A stretch of DNA of 64,000 nt. Source: Camelus ferus. Lineage: Eukaryota. The notes beneath the pieces are model-generated. The model was not told where the DNA came from, made no database searches, and saw only the letters and a program-made list of their open reading frames with translations. Shown piece after piece: positions 38,507 through 49,759 of this stretch; the first letter of the stretch is position 1, and every line of letters starts with the position of its first letter. Both the position numbers and the translations under genes were made by a program. Where the stretch lies: contig NC_045696.1 in the NCBI RefSeq assembly GCF_009834535.1, positions 25,236,001-25,300,000 on the forward strand, in the 5' to 3' direction.

Positions 38507-39446
38507 TGTAATGTCAAAGGCTCAGGGTGTGTTTCTTCCTTCTCCTTTGCTACTCACACAAAACACTTACTTCTGGTCACCAAACGTGTGGAGGTTTTTC
38601 CTCACACCAAGCAATTTTTGGTGACACCAACTGGATTTCCCACTATTTAATTCAATTCTGACACTCTTTACCCAAAGATAGCATCAGATGCCACATGTTA
38701 AGGGCTTAGTCCCATAAGACTGCCCCTCACCCCCACTTTAGACACTAGAAAAAACCCAAGTTGTCACCTGGCCTTCTGACCAAACAGCTATAGATCCTAG
38801 ATTCCAATGACACCATCCTTGGGTTTGACTACTTTGCTAGAATACCTCACAGAATGCAAGGAACCATTTACTTACATTTGCCAGTTTTTAGTAAAAGGAG
38901 ATGCTAATAGAGATGAACACGTGGATAGAAGAGGCGTACAAAGCAAGGGCGTGGTCTGTGGAAGGGGTGAGGAACTTCCACGCCCTCTTCTGCTGGGCAC
39001 ACTTCCTCGCCCCTCCACGTGTTCACCACCCAAGAAGTGCTTGGAGCCCCGTGCTTTGGTGATTTTCATGGAGGCTTCACCATGCAGGCGCAATTAATCA
39101 TTCACTCCATTTTCAGCCCTTTTCCCTTCTCAAGTAAATATGGGATGGGGCTGAAAATTCCAAGCTTCTAATCATGGCTTGGTCTTTCCAGTGACCAAGC
39201 GGCATCCAGGAGCCATCCAGTAGCCTAACCAGAGTCGCCTCATTAGAACAAAAGACATTGCTATTACCTAGTAAATTACAAGGGTTTCAGGAGCCCTGTG
39301 TCAGAAACTGGGGTCCAAGACCAAATATTAGAACAAAAGATGCTCCTGGTGCTCTTATCACTTAAGAAATGACAAGGGTTTCAGGAGCTCTGTCCTGAAC
39401 CAGGAACTGAGAGCAAAGACCAACATCTATTTTCCACTGTCTTACA
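38507..39446 (-). mobile_element. MER21-type solo LTR
   Basis: AATTCAATTCTGACACT...TTAAGGGCTTAGTCCCATAAGACTGCCC; CCAAGCTTCTAATCATGGCTTGGTCTTTC; internal duplicated unit of about 85 bp (ATTAGAACAAAAGA...AAGGGTTTCAGGAGC); TG...CA ends. Confidence 0.88.
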
Positions 39447-40174
39447 GGTACCATCCAACTGTGACTGAGACCATTATCCTGGCTGAGGACTCCTTTCTCC
39501 CCAAACCTCACTTTATTTTTAAGAGTTTCTACTCATTGAACACAGCTTAGATTTGTGTTTTGTTCCACATTTTATTGAGCACCTTTTGTACCACGTGACA
39601 CATAATAAGTGTTGAATGAGTAAATTAAATCATGAATAAATGATGCTAGACATATCATTTTTAAATATGGAGGAAAGGAAGGAGGAAAAAGGAAGTGGGG
39701 AGGGAGGGAAAGAAGGAGTAGGACAAATAGCCTCTTTTCATTCCTGGTCTCTCACTACCTTGGAAGAGGTAAAAAGATACTAGACTAAGAGGGTAGAAAC
39801 CTGTATTCTGGTTCCAGCTATGCCACTTGAAAGCTTAGAGACCGTAGGCAACCAATTTGCTTTATAGCTGGGAGGCTTGGTTTCATAAACAGTGGAATAG
39901 AGATGAGAGTAACTCCTCTGCCTGCTTACAAGAATCTTCATCATGCTGAATTGATGTACTTTGAAACTCTTGGTAGATTTTCTACCCATGTAAAATGTCA
40001 GGAATGTTTCCTTCTCTATTAGTATCTTGAATAGCCACTGCTACCGGTAGGTGGCTTATCAGACTGATTAAAATAAGCTTATCTTATCTTTATATTAATA
40101 TGGAAATGAGCCAATCATTTGAATACCAAAAAAAAAAAGCAAAACAAAACCAAATATGACATAAAATTTTTTTT

Positions 40175-40298
40175 GTATTTTATTTTGTACTTTTTTTAAT
40201 ATTTTTTATTGAAGTATAGTCAGTTTATAATGTGTCAATTTCTGGTGTACAGCACAATACTTCAGTCATATAGGAACATACATATATTCATTTTCATA
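40175..40298 (-). mobile_element. very short L1 3' stub
   Basis: TTTTTATTGAAGTATAGTCAGTTTATAATGTGTCAATTTCTGGTGTACAGCACAAT; flanked by AAATTTTTTT(T)G on both sides (probable TSD). Confidence 0.85.
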
Positions 40299-42931
40299 CA
40301 AGAAATTTTTTTGAATTGTGCTTCTCTTTGACTCCAAGAATTGTTACTTATAATATGGAATTTTTCTTTTTAATGTCCTATATGTTTGATTTTTAACCAT
40401 TGTTCCTTTCTGAGTGCTGTGTCTCCACATTGCAGTAAGGACTTGTGTACAAGAGGAATGAAAAAGGATCAGAGACCATCAGAACCAGAGAAAGCGTGTG
40501 ATTTCTGAAAGTAATATCCCCCTTTCTGGTAGCGATCTAGCCTCCACTGCAGACTGCCCATGTTTAATGCCAAAGCATCTGGTAAATTTAAGTGAATAAA
40601 TAACACCTGTCACTATAGAACTCATACAACCTAATCAGTGAAATCAATGAATAAACTGATTTGTATTACCTAATACGGGCAGAACCACCAATCCAATACC
40701 CTCCTTCTAATCTGTGCAATAAGGCTATGTATCCGTGCATATACGTGTCTGTTAAAATATGCCAACTCTGTAGCACGCTGGGCAGCACACACAGCACGTT
40801 TTCTCCCCCCTCCTCCCTGCTTTCTCTGTCTGTCTTTTTCTTTGTCATCTCTTTCTCTCTCTCAGCCTTTATCCCATTGAGATGAATGACTCAATCTTTG
40901 CACTTAATGATAAAATCACACTCAATAAATATTGGCTCTTAAAATATTTCTGAAGTGACTAACTTGCTTGTCTCCAGAGAGACAGCTCTGTGTACAAAAA
41001 CCTATCTGGATTTTTTTTAAATCTGCCATTCCAGTTGTCTCTTTTTCTGATATGTGTCATTTAAAACTAGAATGTGCTCCATGTATCTCTATTCCTAATA
41101 ATTGTGTTGAGCTTTTCAAAAGTCTACATAAGGTTTTATATATATAAATATCCAATAGAAACACATGAAAATAAGGCATTTATTTCAATGCCTGAGGAGA
41201 AACTTGACTCTCAAGGACAGAGATTTTTAAATGAAATGTTTTGTGTCCTGATATTCAGGTAAAGTAGCCCCTATCAAATGCTGTGACCCCTCGCATGATC
41301 TCTTTATGTTTTAATGCTTTGGTAGGACCATCTCTTTACCTCAGTTCAATAGTCCATGTAATACATGTGAGAAAACAGAAGTTAAAATTGTAGACCACCA
41401 CAAGTTATTAAAAATAAGTCATTTAAAAATATTTTTCTACTTTAAAACATATTTATTTACTCATGTATTTTTATTTACATGGATAAGTGAGAGCTCTTTG
41501 CTAAATCAGAGAATCCCCCTTACAGGGGGATTAACTCAACACAGTTCTGAGATGCCAGTAAGGGAGCAACAGTGGGAGATAGTATTTTTTGAGACTACTG
41601 TGTATAGAATAAAAGGAGGCAATGACTCCCAGGAGTAGATAATTTTATTTGTATTTTTAGCAGTAACACATATAGGACTTTCACTTAGTAACAAAAATAA
41701 AAGAATTTTTTAAAAGTTGATCTGAGATTGAGACTTATTTCTTTATTTTTTTAACATTGAAACTTTAAAAAAGTTTGACTACATGTTGTAAATTTGTCTA
41801 TAAATTATGTTGTGATTTTAGTATACGATTTGCTGTGAAATAGAGATTATTCCTCCATCTGTCCTAGAATAAGCACCCTAAGTTTAAAGAAATATGTCAA
41901 TATTACTTAAGCATATATCGGAAGGTACTATTTTTCTAATTAGTTTGCATACATTCAGTAAATGTAATATTATATATGAAGACCCATGACTTTGGAACTT
42001 ACAAAATAATAACAATATGTACCCTTCTTTTTTTTTTTATATGTGATTTGGGTAGTTATTTAATGTAATAAAACGCTGCTTTAACTCATTGCATTTTAGG
42101 TATAACTAATACTTGCACAATAAATGCAACAACAATAATAACAAGACTATATGAGAGTTTCCAGGCTAAATACTGTATTTATACTCACATGAGGTGAATT
42201 CAAATACTGCTGTTGTTTCACAGATGGGTAATCTGAGATTTAGCAAACCCATAGTTACAATTCAAGTAATGAAGCAAGACTTCAAGGAAGGTCAGTCTCA
42301 ATTCAGAAACTATACTCTTAACCACTGAGTCACTTTTATGAGATTTGTTGTTCAGAAAAACATAGAAACAAATTTACAATCCTTGATCAATTATATGCCT
42401 GCTTCTTGACCATAGGTTGTTTCTAGCCATTCATTTTAGGTTCACCAAAAAAAAAAAAAAGAATCAGAATGTCAAATTATTTAAATATCATATTTTTCCC
42501 ATGAACAATTTTACTGAAACTAAATTCATTTTTTTAAACTACATATAATACCAGAAACACTACTTAGCAGGTAAAAAGTTCAATTAACCAAGTTATTTGG
42601 CACCATTATAATGTTTATTTGAATTTAAAGCAATGAACAAAAACAAATTATCATTGGAATTTGTTTGGTAACATGCCTATTTAAGAAATCTATGTGAAAT
42701 TTATTTAGGATCAGAGCCTTCCATTTTTAATAGAGGGAATAAGTAAAAAGCCTTAAGAGAAACAAGGAAAATTGTGTGTACTTGATAACAGATCTTTTCC
42801 AAACATATTTCCCAAATGGTAATATTACCTTACCCTCTTCTGCTATTCAGAATCACTCAAGATTATAAAATAAATGAGTGTCAAGAAAGAATCAGGATGG
42901 TATGGATGGAAAGGCATAGGCTTCATGGTTA

Positions 42932-43419
42932 TGTCAACTAAAGTAAAATCACACAGCATGAGAGTTGTGGGTGAAGTTTATTTGAGGCAAAATGAGGACT
43001 ATAGCTCAGGAGACAGCATCCCAGAAAGCTCTGAGAAACTGTTGCAAAGAGGCAGGGGGAAAACTCAGTATTATGTATCATTTCAGTGAGAGGGGGATGT
43101 GCAGTCAAGCACACATCTAGGCAGAGGCTTGCTGCTAGTCACAAGGAGCAGATGTCACCGTTAATGATTTTAGTGCTTTACTAGATATGAGAAGGTGCAA
43201 CAACTGGGGTCATAAAATCTTCTGAAGATATTAACTATCTAAAGGCCTTTTCAGCCAGTTTTCCCAGAGCACATTGTGCCTCATTTCTGACCCCCACCCT
43301 GAACTCCTTTCAGGGAGTGTTGGAGGTCAGCGGCTGCAGCGGCTCATGAGTTAGATGGCAAGTGCCAACTTGATCCAATCCTTGTAGAGGCAGATGGTAA
43401 GTGCCAATTTTAGTTAGCA
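42932..43419 (-). mobile_element. ERV1-class solo LTR (MER41-like), copy 2, inserted into a MIR
   Basis: TG...CA termini; perfect 4-bp TSD GTTA (42928-42931 and 43420-43423); minus-strand AATAAA at 42977-42982; MIR-like sequence on both sides. Confidence 0.85.
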
Positions 43420-44573
43420 GTTAGAACAACATGGACTTGAATCTTGCCCTTCCCAGCCCCTCACCCGGCCCTCACCAGTTCTTTTGAGGAAGAAGGAATT
43501 TTCTTAACTCCTGAGAGACCTCCTTTCCTTATATGCCTCCTGAAAGAAAGGCTGATCACAGGACCACAGGAAGTAACAGTACATGGAAACATTGGGCGTG
43601 ATTCTCAGTCCAGAGCAGGTGTTCAGTAAAGGTTAGTTTTCTTTCCTTTCTGCTATGACCACATAGATGTGGGATGTTCTTGAGTCATGGACTACAGATA
43701 TGTTACACACTTTTCAAAGAAAATGATAAAATTTTAAAAGACAATAGTTATCTACCAGTTTCTAAAAATCAAATAGTCCTCATCTCGGTCTCTGCTATAT
43801 GACTTTCACAAAGTGAAATCACTGAGACTAACACTTCCAATCTACAACATGAAAGAAATTTGGAGAATAACCTTGCCAGCTCTATGACCCTAGTACCTCC
43901 CTGGATGAAAACAACAGGTAGGAATGTTACCTATTCAATCAGATATTAGCTCATAATTAAGACACATAAAATTGAATGTTAATTACATCTTGTTCTTTAA
44001 AGACCTATTTTCTGGACATTCTGCAGGAGACAAATCAGAATAATGAGGTTTAGCATTTTAAATACACAATTCATTTTGCATATCTGCAAATCAGAAATTG
44101 TTTTTACACAATAAAGCCCCCCTGTAAATGACTTCCAGAGGTTTAGGTTATCCTGAATTAATCATTCACATAGAGTTTCAAAAGTAGTGTGCTTATAAAA
44201 TGTAAAAACAAAAAAAAAAGGACTTGGGAGGATTTTTTAAATTGTTTTTTAATGAATGTTCTCATTTTAATTAAAAATCAAACATATAATTTAACTACAT
44301 GAAGGAATGCTGATATCAGATGATTAACACATAAGTAGATCTTGCTCGTAACTTAAATAAGTATGTCCTTATTTCAAAAGGAAAAACTCCTAAAAACCCA
44401 GTAGGCAAAATATTTCTAAAGTATTTGAACTATTTTAAGTTTGTTAAACTTTACATTTTAGTTGCTGATAATTTACGTGAGATAGAAATATTCTGAACAT
44501 GGCATTTTAAGATAAATTTACTTGAAATTCACTACTGCTAGCTATAGGGCAGTAATTACCTTTTTGTCTAGAG

Positions 44574-44758
44574 GTACGATGTCCAGTACAGTAAGTAATA
44601 GCCACATGTGGCTATTTAAATTAATAAAACTAAGAATTTCACCAGTCACACTAACTGTATTTCATGTGTTCGAATAGCCACACATAGTAACTACTCTGTT
44701 GAACAGCACAGATATAAAACATTTCCATTCATGCAGAATGTTATATCCAACCATGATA
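44574..44758. mobile_element. MER3 hAT-Charlie MITE
   Basis: TAGCCACATGTGGCTATTTAAATT core; 8-bp flanking duplication GTCTAGAG at 44566-44573 and 44759-44766 fits the Charlie NTCTAGAN target. Confidence 0.85.
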
Positions 44759-45079
44759 GTCTAGAGTCATTCTTTTCTTTTGAATAAACTCTAAAATGAG
44801 AACATATTCTGAACATATTGGACTTCTAATTTTAATACATTGAAACTTCTATTCCTAGATTGTTTGTATCGTTTCAATAATCTAATGTATTGTTATTAAA
44901 AACACTAGAGTATTGAGTAATTAGAGGGCTTAAATTAAGAAAAAACTTAGAGAAGATTTTAAATACTACTATTTCAAAAGCTCCTTGACAGTAAGACAAT
45001 GTCTCACCTAACAATGAATGACAAGAAGTCTGTAATAATGGGGTGATGATGCTGTGTCTGGAGGCTGTGTGATTTATAC

Positions 45080-45399
45080 CAGTGCTGTCCAACAGAAATA
45101 TAACATGAGCCATGGATGTGAGCCACACGTTTAGTTTACAATTTTCAAGTAACTACATTAAAGGAAGCAATAAGAACAAGCAAAATTAATTTTAATAGTT
45201 TTTATTTAATCCCTAAATCAAAAAAGGTTATTTTAAGATGTGATTCATATAAAATTAGTCATGGGATATTTTACCTTTTTTCCATAGTAACTCTTCAAAA
45301 TATGGTGCGCATCTTATACTTGAGTATATTTTGGACTAGTCATATTCTAAGCATTCAATTGACACACATAGCTAATGGCTACCATGTTAGACAACACAG
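45080..45399. mobile_element. MER33 hAT-Charlie MITE
   Basis: CAGTGCTGTCCAACAGAAATATAACATGAGCCA...GCTAATGGCTACCATGTTAGACAACACA. Confidence 0.85.
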
Positions 45400-45424
45400 A
45401 TATATATGGTTCAAATCCACAGAC

Positions 45425-46090
45425 ATCCATCTGTTCACTTATTCAATAGTATTGATTGAGCACGTGCTAAGTGCTGAGAGCTGCACCAGCTGATCGGGTG
45501 CAGTGACACTGCATATACTCTTAGAGAACTCCCAGGCTGGTGGGGGATATCACACAAACAAATAGAAAAATGCAGTATTGCATCTTTGACAATAGGCTGA
45601 AATACTTTTACATCAAAAACCTCGTTCAAGTTCCTTAACAAATATAGAAGAGCCAAAATTAATCCAGTATTTAGAGTGTCGATGAAGACTTTCAAAGGAA
45701 ATACCTAATTTAACCCTTTATTAATGTGTAAGAATTGACCAGAAAATACAGACTAGGGACACAGGAATGACAGTGCGATGTTCTAAGAGGGAAAGTTATA
45801 CAGAAAGGATGTTTGTGTGAGGATGAGAGTGTGTGTGTGTGTGTGTGCCTGCACATTTGTGTGCTTAATAGTGAAAACAAATATGAGAGTAAGGGATGGC
45901 AGAGGAAATGGAAGAAGTATTCCATCAAGTTGGAGATCGCCCTCTGTGCATGGCAAAAACTGAGACAAGGGAAGCAAAATGTTTCCACACCCTCAGTGAA
46001 ATCACTGTGTCTATTGTGCTTAAATTAATATCTAACCACATCTTGGTTGGTAAAGAGTGGAAATAAAGGGCCAGTAGTATGAAATGAAAG
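45425..46090 (-). mobile_element. decayed L2 3' region
   Basis: CATCCATCTGTTCACTTATTCAATAGTATTGATTGAGCACGTGCTAAGTGC tail, followed by L2-like antisense sequence. Confidence 0.6.
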
Positions 46091-46233
46091 AAGCAAGGAG
46101 TAGACAAAACCACTGTTAATAAGGGAAATATTAGAGGACTACAAAGAAAGCTCTCAAGGAGTTGCCCTTGAATGCTGCTACCAAAAGCTAATGTGTGTTC
46201 ATCAATTAAAAAAATCATTAAAAATTAGCAATG

Positions 46234-46781
46234 CAGCATTATTTATAGTAACTAAGATATGGAAGCAACTTAAGTATTCATCAATACATAAAGGGATAAA
46301 GATGATGTGGTACATATATACAATGGAATATTATTTAGCCATAAAAATGAAATCTTGCCATTTGCAGCAACATAGATCAATCTAGAGAATATTACACTAA
46401 GTGAAATAACACAGAGAAGGATGAATATTGTATGATCTTACTTATATGTGAAGTCTAAAAAACAAAACAAATAAACAAAAGAAAACAGAAACAGACTCAT
46501 AGATACAGAGAAAAAATAGGTTGCCAGAAGGGATGGGAATGTGGGGGGATAAGCAAAATAGATGAAGAGGATTAAGAAGTATAAATTTCCAGTTACATAA
46601 TACATAAGTCATGAAGCTGTAATATAAGGAATATGGTCAATAGAATTGTAATAACTTTGGGGACAGATGGTTCCTAGACTTACTGTAGTGATTATTTCAT
46701 AATGTATGTGAATGTCAAATCACTATGTAGTACACCTGAAATTAACATAATATTGTATGTCAACTATATTTCAATTAAAAT
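46234..46781 (+). mobile_element. 5'-truncated L1 (ORF2 tail plus 3'UTR) with TSD
   Basis: Encodes AALFIVTKIWKQLKYSSI...MWYIYTMEYYLAIK (L1 ORF2 C-terminus); TSD AA(A/C)ATTAGCAATG at 46221-46233 and 46782-46794. Confidence 0.92.
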
Positions 46782-48295
46782 AACATTAGCAATGTTCTTG
46801 GTATATACAAGGATGTTCCTTACCCTGGAAACAAATAACCTTCAGTCAAATCATGAAATGCCTGAGGTGAGGGAATTTTATTTTTGTAGGATGGCTTTTA
46901 TTGTCATGTATAAGCCAGTTAATAGCTACATAAATAAAACCTTTCTGGGGGTGAATAGTCTGCATACCTGACCCCAAGCAATAAATAGATAAGTAATAAG
47001 TCCAAGACATTTTATACTCTTTCAGATTTAAAGGTACATTTTCTTTTAACAGGAAATTCATTGGAACCCAGTGATTAACCCTCAGTAGCCAACTTTTGTG
47101 CAGTCCTTTCTTGGTACTATACAAAGATTACTGGACGAAAGCATAGCTCATCTTAATCATCATTAAGAGGCAAAAGGTGAAATGCAATATTGGCAGGCTC
47201 TCCATCTAATTAATGATAAAGTCAAATTATATGGTTTAATAAAATCTGCCACAGAACAAGAATAATTGGATGAAGGAAGTAGAAATTGAAATTAAGTAGA
47301 ATTGAGCCTCAAAAATGAGAAACAACCTTGTGATTGACTTGAGACGTATCTAAAGATCAAGTTCCAAAAGTTCTTCATTTTTAATACAGAGTAGATTCTA
47401 TCATTTCAGTCACAATACTTATAACCTTATAGACACCTTGAGTAATTACAGTTTTGCATTCTAGTGAACTGGAAAACCTCAGTATATGTCTTTCTAACTT
47501 ATTGTATTGGATATTGTTCATGGTCGCAATTCTACGTGTATAAATCATTATTCCTGAAACAGAATTTTAATAAATTTGCACCAAAATAAGTATCTTCCAT
47601 TACTGTTAGATGCTACTAAGTTTCATCTCATCTTGTCAAGACAGTTGACATGAGGACAGAAGGTTTTGAGAGGCCAGTAAAAATAACAGAACAGTAAGAG
47701 AAAAATACAAGTTTGTCCTGGCGTTTATTTTAAAAGATTTTCCCCAAAGTAAATGTTAGAAAGCATCTGGAACCTGTCATTTTGTGATGATAGATCTGAA
47801 CAAGGAGACACACGTACGTGTCAGAAACAGAAATAGTTCTGCGCTCACGATCTGGCTGTCATTAGATATTTTAGGGGGAGAATAGGGGTGTGGGGTTTGA
47901 GGATTAGGAGGGAAATCCACTGCTTTATTTTGGAGAGAAGGCGAATACCACTAATCCTCCTTTTATGTGTTTACTGATTGAGCTGCTACCTTCTAACCTT
48001 TTCCTCTTTCTAAGCCACTGTCCCTTTCCTACCCAATGCCTTAGGAGATAAAGATGTTACTACTGGGTATCTGCAGGCTAGGGGTTCACTGAAAACGAGA
48101 TGCAGAAAAAAATGTCATTCTTTTCCAACAATACATTTAAATATTTATACTTTTATTGCAGTCAACACTTAACATGTAAAAATCTAAATATACATTTTAG
48201 TTTTGTGTATATACACATATATGTGATATAGACATGTAGATATAGATATATGGAGATATATGTGTGTGTATAATGCATATGTCTGTTCATACACG

Positions 48296-48298
<3 letters not shown>

Positions 48299-48341
<43 letters not shown>
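48299..48341. repeat. (TG)~21 microsatellite preceded by a degenerate (TA)-rich tract
   Basis: Directly visible. Confidence 0.97.
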
Positions 48342-48345
<4 letters not shown>

Positions 48346-49407
48346 TGACCATTTCAAGCTTATCTTATTTTGGAAAATTTCCTGCACATCTCCACTTAAT
48401 TAGATAGACTGACTGTGGGAAGATTTTGAAATAAGTTGAGCTTAGGTAGCTCAGTTCCAAATCTAGTTTTGATGTTCATCTCTCCAGTAAAATATACTCG
48501 TCTTTCTACAGAAGCTCAAGTCCCTTGGATCCCCTTGAAGCACTCTACTATGGGATACTCTCCAGGCTGTAATTTCTTGGATCATGTTCTGAAAATATTT
48601 CTCCAAATGATTCTCCATACAAAGATTCTTTATTGAAACTTTCTTACTGAAATAGATCTCTAGTTTGTCTCTGGAATTAGACCTTCCACCACAATGACCC
48701 GTGAAGAGTGAAGGTGCATCTTGGTCAAGTTGGTTATCATGTCTCAGAAGTGAGGAATTCCACAAATAAAAACACAACAAAGTTTAAGGGCTTATAATTT
48801 AGTCAAGACTTGTGTAACACTTTAATAAGTTAACGTTGTCCTGGAAGTGTCAGTGATTTCTGTTTTCGACTCAATAAGCTAATGCTCACTACAGACATGT
48901 CAAAATCATTCTCTCACTTGAAAGGAGTATAGATAAAGATTTTTTTTAAGATGACAACAAAGGTTCATAAATTTGGCATTTTAATCTTAGCTTCGAGCCC
49001 TACTATAAGGTACCTCCTTTCTTCTAATCACTGTTTGAGGATTCATTTCAGCAACACTTTTGGTTATTGCCTGCCTGTGGCACCCCCAGTGCTTGCTCAC
49101 AGACCTTGACTTGTCACTCTGCTGCTGCTATAGCTGTCTCATCTAACCTTGGGGTTTAAAATAATATCAGAGTTGTTGATTCACAACTCTACCGCCCCAG
49201 TTTTAAGGATCCCACCTGTTATATCCCCAACTGCTCTTGTGACGTATAAAAGCTCCTTTCCTGGCATGTAGCAGAATGCTACAAGATGAGCATGTTACTG
49301 AAAAGTTTTCTGCGTTTCCTGTTGAAGGTAGTGATCTTGCTATTTATGCTTATTCCAGCAGTCGTGAAATTGTTTGTTCATGAGTGTGAACGAATTCAGT
49401 CCTTCTT

Positions 49408-49759
49408 GCCATGGACTGGATTTTTATCAAACCAAATTTGTATATTGAAGCCCTAACCGTCAATATGACTGTATGTAAAAACAAGGTCTTTAGGAGGAGA
49501 TTAAGATTAAGTGAGATCATAGGGATGGGGCCCTAATCCAGTAGGACTGTTGCTTTATAAGAAGAGGAAGAGATCTCTCTTTCTCCACCATGTGAGGACA
49601 CAGTGAGGCAGCCATCTGCAAGGCAGGGAGACAGCCCACACCAGACACTGCATCTTGATCTTGGATTTCCAGCCTCCAGCACTGAGAGAAATATGTTTCT
49701 GTTGTTTAAGCCTCCCAGTCTGTAACATTTTGTTACGGAAGCCCATGCTGACTAATACA
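49408..49759 (+). mobile_element. MLT1A/B-type MaLR LTR
   Basis: TGCCATGGACTG...TATATTGAAGCCCTAACC...TTTCTGTTGTTTAAGCC...GCTGACTAATACA. Confidence 0.9.

Noticed and set aside
39240..39425. Tandem duplication of about 85 bp
   Set aside because: Internal to the MER21 LTR and, as I recall, a feature of that family
41512..41532. Perfect hairpin AATCCCCCT-TAC-AGGGGGATT
   Set aside because: Isolated low-complexity 9-bp stem; a few such stems are expected by chance in 64 kb
32792..43419. The two related LTRs as the ends of one 10.6-kb provirus
   Set aside because: Copy 2 has its own TSD on both sides, the copies are too diverged, and the interior contains older MIR/MLT1/MER58 elements with no gag/pol/env
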